A DNA stretch of 36,876 bases, taken from a virus. Lineage: Duplodnaviria; Caudoviricetes. Below the pieces are notes generated by a model. It did no database searches. It was given only the letters and a program-made list of their open reading frames with translations, and was not told the origin of the DNA. Positions 26,836 to 33,403 of the stretch are shown one piece after another. The stretch lies in the IMG/VR virus record IMGVR_UViG_3300037518_000172, positions 1-36,876 of that record; one strand, 5' to 3'. Within the stretch, counting starts at the first letter, position 1. Every line of letters starts with the position of its first letter. Position numbers and translations under genes: made by a program.

Positions 26836-27501
26836 ATGAAAAAGCACCCACTCTCCAGCCTAGTTCTCGACTTCGACTTCTACCCGCGCGGCAGCGTGGA
26901 CTCGCATCACGTCAACGAGATCGCTTCGGCCATGCAGGCTGGCGCGCCCATGCCGCCCATCGTCATCGACAAGAAGTCCAAACGCATCGTCGATGGTTTC
27001 CACCGTTACCGGGCCTATCTCCGGCTGCATGGCGAAGCCTTCGAGATCGACTGCGTTGAGAAAGACTACGCCAACGACAAAGAGCTATTCCTCGATACCA
27101 TGCGGTTCAACGCCAGCCACGGCAGGGCGCTCACTCAGCACGACAAGGCTCACTGCATCATTCTGGCGAAACAGTTCCGCATTCAGCATGAGCTCATTGC
27201 CGAGGCGCTGAACATCACGCCGGACCGGATCGGCGTGCTCACGTCTACCCGAATGGGCAAGGTCGGCGCCGCGCCCATAGCCCTCAAGAGCACGATCTCC
27301 CACATGGCCGGGCGCAACCTGACTCCGGCGCAATCGACGGCCAATGACAAGCTGTCCGGCATGCAGCAGTCGTTCTATGCGAACCAACTCATCACGCTCA
27401 TCGAGAACGACCTGATCGATGCCGAGGACGAAAACCTGATGCGCAGCCTTTCGCGCCTGGCCGACTTGCTCCCGCGCGTGCTAGAAAGGAAGGCGGCTTA
27501 A
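26836..27501 (+). CDS. ParB/Srx N-terminal domain protein with a downstream HTH
   Basis: AGGAG SD. YPR...PPIVID...IVDGFHRYRAY box; NASHG; ELIAEALNITPDRI is HTH-like. Confidence 0.85.
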   Translation: MKKHPLSSLVLDFDFYPRGSVDSHHVNEIASAMQAGAPMPPIVIDKKSKRIVDGFHRYRAYLRLHGEAFEIDCVEKDYANDKELFLDTMRFNASHGRALTQHDKAHCIILAKQFRIQHELIAEALNITPDRIGVLTSTRMGKVGAAPIALKSTISHMAGRNLTPAQSTANDKLSGMQQSFYANQLITLIENDLIDAEDENLMRSLSRLADLLPRVLERKAA

Positions 27502-27503
27502 CC

Positions 27504-27563
27504 AACGGGGCGTTGCGCTGCCCGGCACTGCCCGGCAAATCCAGGCACATCAAAGCACAGTCC
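27504..27563 (+). repeat. pentamer array 5 (candidate guide RNA)
   Basis: AACgg GGCgt TGCgc TGCcc GGCac TGCcc GGCaa ATCca GGCac ATCaa AGCac AGTcc. Confidence 0.88.
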
Positions 27564-27564
27564 T

Positions 27565-27738
27565 ATGACAGGATCAGAACTCAAAGCACTTCGTAAACGC
27601 CTCGGTCTGTCGCTCGCTCAGGCGGCGCGGCAGGTCGAGGTCAGTGTCCGCACCTGGGCCAGATGGGAAACCTCAGAGCGCGTCCCAGATGGCGCGATCA
27701 AGTTGTTCGAGATCGTAAACCGCCTACGCAAGCCCTAA
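27565..27738 (+). CDS. small XRE-family HTH regulator (57 aa; absent from the ORF track)
   Basis: MTGSELKALRKRLGLSLAQAARQVEVSVRTWARWETSERVPDGAIKLFEIVNRLRKP*. Confidence 0.9.
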   Translation: MTGSELKALRKRLGLSLAQAARQVEVSVRTWARWETSERVPDGAIKLFEIVNRLRKP

Positions 27739-27756
27739 CCATGAAAGGATAGGAAG

Positions 27757-28002
27757 ATGCTGAAACATTGTTGCACCGCACTCCTGGCCAGCGCCCTCAT
27801 CGGCTGCGCGGGCTATCTCCCGCAAGCCAACGAGTACTGGATGCACTCCAACGGCTTCGGCCAGGCGACGACTTCCGATCTCACCGCCTGCAAGTACGAA
27901 GCCGCCAAGTCCGGCGGCTACGATTGGATCGACGCCAGCCTGAGACGCAGCAAAGTGTTCGACCTCTGCATGCGCACCAAGGGCTATATCCCTCGCGTGT
28001 AG
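27757..28002 (+). CDS. small lipoprotein
   Basis: LLASALIGC lipobox, then DLTACKYEA...FDLCMRTKGY. AGGA SD-like motif. Confidence 0.8.
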   Translation: MLKHCCTALLASALIGCAGYLPQANEYWMHSNGFGQATTSDLTACKYEAAKSGGYDWIDASLRRSKVFDLCMRTKGYIPRV

Positions 28003-28019
28003 GCTATTACTGACTTTAC

Positions 28020-28079
28020 AACGCCGCAAAGCGTCGCGCAGCGCAGCATGGCGGAGCGTGGCCAAGCACAGCAAAGTCT
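28020..28079 (+). repeat. pentamer array 6 (candidate guide RNA)
   Basis: AACgc CGCaa AGCgt CGCgc AGCgc AGCat GGCgg AGCgt GGCca AGCac AGCaa AGTct. Confidence 0.9.
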
Positions 28080-28107
28080 ATCTACACCGGAACCGGCGGG
28101 CCAGGCG

Positions 28108-28809
28108 TCAGGCTGCGCGGCTGACTCCAACCAGCGCCATCACCCGCTCATGGAATGCCATGGTGGCCGCGCGGCAACCGGCCAGTGTTTCACATGAAAC
28201 ATTGTGGAATTTCGAGCTGTAGCCGTGGACTTCGACCTTGCGGCCAAGCCATGAGGCCCACGTCATGCCATGGTAGCTATTCGTCACCACCGTCTCCGCC
28301 GATCCCAGGAAGGCGACGATATCTTCCATCGGCGCGGTGTTGTCCAGCATCGGCAAGCCGGTGTTGTAGGCGGCCGGGTACCTGGCCCTGATAGTCTCGC
28401 TGGCGTTCACAAAGGCAACCGCCGGGCGCGTCACCGGGTATTCCAGATCGAACAAATAGCTCATGCAGGACGGGCACGGCGCCCACAGCCCCGCCTTCTC
28501 CCGCTCCGGCGTCCATTCCCGCGTGCCGATCAGGGAAAAGCCATCGGGGTCCGGCCACGGCTGCGTCTCTCCATGCCGCGACGATCCGGCCCCCCAGATG
28601 ACCTTGGGCGTGATCTCCGATGGCCGGTTACTGTTGAGCCAATTGACCATCGTTCCGCCGCCGTAAATCTGTATCTCGCTGTCGTACCTGACCTGATCGC
28701 TGTAGTTCAAAACCTCGATCTGATCAGTGCCGAAGTCGAAATACTGCGCAGGGCAGGACGCCATGTCGCCCGTGTTGCGGGGATCGCGGATATGGACGAA
28801 GGAGAGCAT
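28108..28809 (-). CDS. polysaccharide pyruvyl-transferase-like protein
   Basis: NTGD, IYGGGT, VIWGAG, IGTRE, PCPSCM and VVTNSYHG motifs. Confidence 0.78.
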   Translation of the reverse strand: MLSFVHIRDPRNTGDMASCPAQYFDFGTDQIEVLNYSDQVRYDSEIQIYGGGTMVNWLNSNRPSEITPKVIWGAGSSRHGETQPWPDPDGFSLIGTREWTPEREKAGLWAPCPSCMSYLFDLEYPVTRPAVAFVNASETIRARYPAAYNTGLPMLDNTAPMEDIVAFLGSAETVVTNSYHGMTWASWLGRKVEVHGYSSKFHNVSCETLAGCRAATMAFHERVMALVGVSRAA

Positions 28810-29093
28810 CAGCTATTCGATGGCTTACGCCCACCGCTTCCCATATTCGGCGGGTTGGGCGGTGGGTTTGACGGTGGCCGGCCATCGGCGCGCGGGCGGT
28901 AGCCTTCACCCGGCCGCCTTGGAACGTCCGTATCATCCATTGCGATTTCTAGTCCTGTCGATGCAACCCATGCCCCGAGCACGAATATCTTGGCTGCTAG
29001 CCAATGGCGGAAGTTCAGCGCTCGAAGGCCAGTCACGGTGATCGTCACATATTCACGTGACAACTTGGCCGCATTTATTGTCATCGCCATCAC
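28809..29093 (-). CDS. hypothetical protein
   Basis: 94 aa, coupled by stop/start overlaps on both sides. Confidence 0.55.
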   Translation of the reverse strand: MMAMTINAAKLSREYVTITVTGLRALNFRHWLAAKIFVLGAWVASTGLEIAMDDTDVPRRPGEGYRPRADGRPPSNPPPNPPNMGSGGRKPSNS

Positions 29094-29713
29094 AAAGCCT
29101 CTTCCAGCTTTAACTTAGGAAACATGTCCAAGGCCGTGTCCCTGCTACAGTTTATGACCTCAACGCCAGCTTTCGCAAGATCGGGGACCATGGTCGCGAA
29201 CTTTTCTCGCCATTCCTGCAACTGGGCCTCGGCCGGATTCCGGCCGGCATGATCCTTGTGCCAGTGCCTTTCGCCATTCGGCCCGAACTTCATGTCGTAT
29301 CCCAGCAACAGAATACGCTTGGCCCCCAGAAGCACCGCGAGATTCACGCCCTGGTAGCCCGAATTGGACCCCGTGCACAGGTACTCGGGATCGAAGCTCA
29401 GGCCGGTGTTGGTCCCATCATGATGGTACTTCAGGACGTGAACATCGCGGAACTCAATTGCCTCCAGGCAGACCTTCAGCCCCCTGAAGCCGGGGGCGTT
29501 CTGCGCCTCCCGCCACCATGTGGCATCGGCCCCGTAGAGGACGTCAGCCCACTTGGCTCGCTCGAAGGTTCGATTGACGACGAGGACTCGGCATCTTCCT
29601 TCGTCTCGGGCGCGGCGGACGTACTCGATGTCTCGATCATTGAGACTTGGTCCGGAGGCACAGCAAACGGCAGTTTGCCCTTCCCAGAGTCGGGGGACGC
29701 GCCATGGCCCCCC
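29090..29713 (-). CDS. sugar-transferase-like (GPS...NSG...LLGYD) domain with no in-frame start codon; probably reached by frameshift
   Basis: The frame reads WRVPRLWEGQTAVCCASGPSL...VVNR...WADVLYGAD..WW...GSNSGYQGVNLAVLLGAKRILLLGYDM...VINCS. There is no ATG/GTG/TTG upstream of 29347 in this frame. Confidence 0.7.
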   Translation of the reverse strand, partial: GGPWRVPRLWEGQTAVCCASGPSLNDRDIEYVRRARDEGRCRVLVVNRTFERAKWADVLYGADATWWREAQNAPGFRGLKVCLEAIEFRDVHVLKYHHDGTNTGLSFDPEYLCTGSNSGYQGVNLAVLLGAKRILLLGYDMKFGPNGERHWHKDHAGRNPAEAQLQEWREKFATMVPDLAKAGVEVINCSRDTALDMFPKLKLEEAL

Positions 29714-29907
29714 TTTGTAGGAGGGGCTGGCGGGGCCTTGAGAACGATCTTCGGGGCACCAACGAACTCGGTCGCCCTGTTGCGCCTGATCCAGCGCCGG
29801 GCGGAGGTGGTGGATAGCTCCACCACCTCCCCGGCCCGGAAGGACTGTTCGACGCGGCCAAGATGATCGCGAATCTCCGTGTCCTCGGCGAACATGACTT
29901 TCATCAT
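29476..29907 (-). CDS. small head-associated hypothetical protein (first ~65 aa credible; the tail overlaps the next frame)
   Basis: GGAGGTG SD. MMKVMF...FRAGEVVELS..SARRWIRR; follows the decoration-like gene. Confidence 0.6.
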   Translation of the reverse strand: MMKVMFAEDTEIRDHLGRVEQSFRAGEVVELSTTSARRWIRRNRATEFVGAPKIVLKAPPAPPTKGGHGASPDSGKGKLPFAVPPDQVSMIETSSTSAAPETKEDAESSSSIEPSSEPSGLTSSTGPMPHGGGRRRTPPASGG

Positions 29908-30764
29908 ATCACCTCCGCTACCGATGCCAGATTGTGAGCGGAACCGATGCCGATCTTCGGAAACACGCCGAATGCCACGGCCCCGACGTCCGAAGTCGCG
30001 TTCTCCGGCGACGACGAATCGGCAATCGTCACCGACAGCTTGACGAAGCGGTAACCGTTGGCGGCGTCGAGATCATCGGCCCGCAGATCCAGCTTCACTT
30101 GCTGGTTGGACTCGGCGGGCGAGTTCGCCTGAGCGAATGTCGCCGTGGTCTTCCCAGAAACATCCTTGTAGATGCCCCCGGCGGTCGTGGCCTGCGTCCA
30201 CTTCATGACCACGCTTCCGTCGGTCCCGAGGTCGCCGATCATCAACACGCCCATGGCGCAATGCCATTTCGACATGTCGATCGCATCGCTCAACTGTGCG
30301 CCCGGAGCGTATGCATCAGGGTCCACAGTCCCCACGAGGCCGACGACTTCCGACGGCAGCATGTTGGCGACAAGGACGCCCTTGAAGCCCAGAAGCAACG
30401 ACGCCGAGTCGGCGCCGGCCGTGGTCAGCGTCCGCACCATCTTGACGTAGCGATGGCCTTCCGTCAGTTCCGAGCGCCGGAGATTGATCAGCGCCTGCTT
30501 GTCGCTGTCATCGGGTGACGCTTCGGTAAGCTGGGTAATCGCCTTGCCGACGATATCCGAGCCACCGGACGCCGCCGTGTTGGACTGAAGCTTGAGATCG
30601 TACTTGCCGGTGGAGACGATGGTGCCAACCAGGCCAACGGCAAGCAAGGCTTCGTAATCGGACATGTCGGCATAACCGCTCGACACGGCCGCCTGCGTGT
30701 AAGCATCGGGATCGACAGCAGCGACGCAATCGATGACCTCGCTCGGCAGTAGATTCGTGAACAT
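29904..30764 (-). CDS. capsid decoration/cement-like protein with two tandem homologous domains
   Basis: Directly after the capsid gene, with an AAGGAG SD. NLLPSEV..V..VDPDAY occurs twice. Confidence 0.7.
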   Translation of the reverse strand: MFTNLLPSEVIDCVAAVDPDAYTQAAVSSGYADMSDYEALLAVGLVGTIVSTGKYDLKLQSNTAASGGSDIVGKAITQLTEASPDDSDKQALINLRRSELTEGHRYVKMVRTLTTAGADSASLLLGFKGVLVANMLPSEVVGLVGTVDPDAYAPGAQLSDAIDMSKWHCAMGVLMIGDLGTDGSVVMKWTQATTAGGIYKDVSGKTTATFAQANSPAESNQQVKLDLRADDLDAANGYRFVKLSVTIADSSSPENATSDVGAVAFGVFPKIGIGSAHNLASVAEVI

Positions 30765-30779
30765 GGAATTCTCCTTTCA

Positions 30780-30810
30780 AGGAAAGGGGGCAGCCCCGAA
30801 AGGCCGCCCC
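30780..30810 (-). terminator. UUCG-loop hairpin after the capsid gene (weak terminator or mRNA stabiliser)
   Basis: GGGGCGGCCT-TTCG-GGGCTGCCCC followed by CTTTCCTT. Confidence 0.55.
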
Positions 30811-30821
30811 ACTGCCTAACG

Positions 30822-32261
30822 CTAACCGCGCGCTGCAAGGGAAACGAAACACGACAGGGTATTGGACCCGTTCGCCGGTTGGATCGCCGAGCCCCACCAC
30901 GGCAAGCCCGCCATCCGCAGGATAAACCGGAAGGCCAGCGTGTCATAATCGAACCACAGGTGCATGGACACGTCCTGCCGGATTCCACCGGTCTTCATGG
31001 CGGTCATGTACTGGGTCAGATCGGCAAGGATGATATCGCCGACATCGCCGAGCGTCTTACAAGCTTCGACCGGTACGACCGGGCGGCCCTTGAGAGTCGC
31101 GAACGGAGAGGCCGACAAGCCGCCCGCCGGCATGAACAACGGTGCCGTCGGGTTGGTTCCCGGCATTTGCAGATAATCGAGCTGCGGCTCGACGTCCTGG
31201 TTGATCAGCCAGATCGCATTCGAACGGCTGGGCGCATACATGCGCGCCCACATGTTCGTAATGTTCTGCGCCAGAACGGTATCGGCCACTTGGCCCGATT
31301 CCTTGGCGACTTCCACCAAGGCATCGGACGCAAGAATGCCCTTCGGCTGGCCGGCACCGGTGCCATTGATGATGGCGTTCTGGATTTTGTAGTCGAACTT
31401 CTGCGGTGCCTTCCGATTGATGTAGGTGGAAAGCGCCGACGCATCTTCCAGAAGTTCCTCGGTGACCGGAACCAAAGCCGTCAGCTTGTTCAGGCGGATC
31501 GTGGTTTGCTCCAGGGCGACCTTGGACTGCGTGATCAGAGATCCTTCACCTTCCCAAAACGCCTGAATACCGCCGGTCGATTGCCACGGCGTTGTTTCGT
31601 CTTTCGGCAACGTGATCGAGTTGGACGCGGACGTGAGCTGGTCGGTGCGGGCCAGCAGGCTATCGACGCCCATGACCTTCTCCGTGATCGCCGTGCGGAA
31701 GTCAGGCGGCACTGCGAAACCGCCGTCAGCACCGACACCCTCGGTTGAGGTCGTGGTCGGGGCATTCATCGTGAGGCGAGGATCGAGCCCCCCAGGCGCC
31801 GCACGAACCGCGGCCTTGACGGACTGGGCAAACTCGCCGAACGACCGGAAGCCGTGACGTCCCACATCCGCTGTATCGCGGGGGCGGGCCGCTACGGTGC
31901 GCCGCTTCGTTCCCTTGTGATCGGGATCGGACGAAGCCGCCACATCGTCGGGGTCGGTTTTACGGCCAAGAGGCTCGGCAATGCGGGCCTCCGTGTCCGC
32001 GATCTTCTCCCGGCGATCGATCTCCGCTTCGACGAATTCGAAGCGTGCGAAAATCTTCTCGATCTCCGTGTTCTCTTCATCGGACAAGCCGCGCTTTTCG
32101 GCGTCGGCCGTGGCCTGAAGGGTTTTGGCCTGATCGGAAAGGGTCACGAGTTCATCGCGAAGCTCGTCGACCTTGGTGCCGTCGTTGAAAATCAGGGTGC
32201 GGATGCTGGCGTTCTCACGCAGATACGCTTCAAGCTCCGTCATCTTGCTGATAACGTTCAT
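30822..32261 (-). CDS. HK97-fold major capsid protein with an N-terminal scaffold (delta) domain
   Basis: Coiled-coil N-terminus; DGGFAVP, VTEELLED, IINGTGAGQPKGIL and TLKGRPV motifs. Confidence 0.95.
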   Translation of the reverse strand: MNVISKMTELEAYLRENASIRTLIFNDGTKVDELRDELVTLSDQAKTLQATADAEKRGLSDEENTEIEKIFARFEFVEAEIDRREKIADTEARIAEPLGRKTDPDDVAASSDPDHKGTKRRTVAARPRDTADVGRHGFRSFGEFAQSVKAAVRAAPGGLDPRLTMNAPTTTSTEGVGADGGFAVPPDFRTAITEKVMGVDSLLARTDQLTSASNSITLPKDETTPWQSTGGIQAFWEGEGSLITQSKVALEQTTIRLNKLTALVPVTEELLEDASALSTYINRKAPQKFDYKIQNAIINGTGAGQPKGILASDALVEVAKESGQVADTVLAQNITNMWARMYAPSRSNAIWLINQDVEPQLDYLQMPGTNPTAPLFMPAGGLSASPFATLKGRPVVPVEACKTLGDVGDIILADLTQYMTAMKTGGIRQDVSMHLWFDYDTLAFRFILRMAGLPWWGSAIQPANGSNTLSCFVSLAARG

Positions 32262-32315
32262 TGATTTATTTCCTTCTAAGGATAGCCGGCGCTTCACAGC
32301 GCGGGCGTCGTGTGT

Positions 32316-33062
32316 TCAGGCGGTTTCGCGCCCGTGATTGCGCTTCAACAGGCGCGCTTCCATGAGGGCAACGGTCGGGTGCGGCCGGCCCTCCTGGTAT
32401 TCGGGTTTGGCTTCTTCGGCTGCCTTCGCCAGAGGCTCGGGCACATGCTGAAAAGCCGACAGGTCGTGCCTGGCGAGCGCGGCCATGGCGACCTTTTCCG
32501 TGATAACATCGGCAAGACCGGCCTCAACCGCTTCCTCGGCGGTGAACCACGTCTCTGCCGTCATCCATTCGCTCAACTGGTCTTCCTCGGATGTGGTCCG
32601 CTCGACATAGCTGGTCAGGATTGTCTCTCTCACCTTGTCGAGACTATCGGCCATCTTCCGGAAATCCACCGCCGATCCCATGGCGATTGCCCACGGATCG
32701 TGAATCATCATCATGCCGTTGGCTGCGATTCTGATCTCGTCGCCAGCCATGGCAACCACGGAAGCAATCGAGGCCGCGAGGCCGTCGATGTAGACGATCT
32801 TCCGCGCCGAATGCCGCTTGAGCACGTTGTGGATTGCGGTGCCGTCGAACACGGAGCCGCCGGGCGAATTGATGTAGACGTTCAGGGTATCGACCCTGCC
32901 GATCTTCTTCAGATCGTCGGCAAACTGCTTGCCCGTGGTGCCTTCCCACGAATCGCCGATAACATCATACAGGTAGACTTCGCCGGTCTTGTCCTGCGCC
33001 TTGATTTCATAGGGCCGCTCCCGGTTCGCGGGGCGGAGAGGTATGACTGGACCGTTGAACAT
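32316..33062 (-). CDS. ClpP-type prohead protease
   Basis: YINSPGGSVFDG, IDGLAASIAS, MMIHDP and ETWFTAEEAV motifs; GGAGG SD. Confidence 0.95.
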   Translation of the reverse strand: MFNGPVIPLRPANRERPYEIKAQDKTGEVYLYDVIGDSWEGTTGKQFADDLKKIGRVDTLNVYINSPGGSVFDGTAIHNVLKRHSARKIVYIDGLAASIASVVAMAGDEIRIAANGMMMIHDPWAIAMGSAVDFRKMADSLDKVRETILTSYVERTTSEEDQLSEWMTAETWFTAEEAVEAGLADVITEKVAMAALARHDLSAFQHVPEPLAKAAEEAKPEYQEGRPHPTVALMEARLLKRNHGRETA

Positions 33063-33067
33063 GGCGG

Positions 33068-33403
33068 TCACCTCCACTTCTCAAAAGATACGTTCACTGA
33101 TACGCCTTCCGGCGTTGTTTCCTCTGTAACCAAGACGCGATATTCCGGGGCTTGTTCCCCCAACGAAACCTTATCAAACATCTGGCCGCACGCGGTATAT
33201 TCCACCGCATCTATATCAAAACGACGTTCCGCACGAAGAACAATCATTCCATGAAACACGGATTCAGTTCCGGGAAAGTTGTGTCGAATTAACTCCTCCG
33301 AAACTTGAAACCGGCCATATCGACGCTCGTTCAGCGGGCTGATCACTGGTTCGCTTTCTGGTTCGCTTTCCAGAGATTCTACTGCTACCACCATGGCGAT
33401 CAC
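33068..33403 (-). CDS. hypothetical protein between portal and protease
   Basis: 111 aa, overlapping the portal stop codon. Confidence 0.65.
   Translation of the reverse strand: MIAMVVAVESLESEPESEPVISPLNERRYGRFQVSEELIRHNFPGTESVFHGMIVLRAERRFDIDAVEYTACGQMFDKVSLGEQAPEYRVLVTEETTPEGVSVNVSFEKWR

Noticed and set aside
26396-27059. ORFs 26550-27059 (+) and 26396-26800 (-) with duplicated peptides
   Set aside because: These are by-products of the GC-rich, stop-poor arrays and the 105-bp (35-codon) duplication, and they overlap better-supported genes.
27724-28074. 116-aa minus-strand ORF
   Set aside because: It starts within array 6 and is antisense to the lipoprotein gene.
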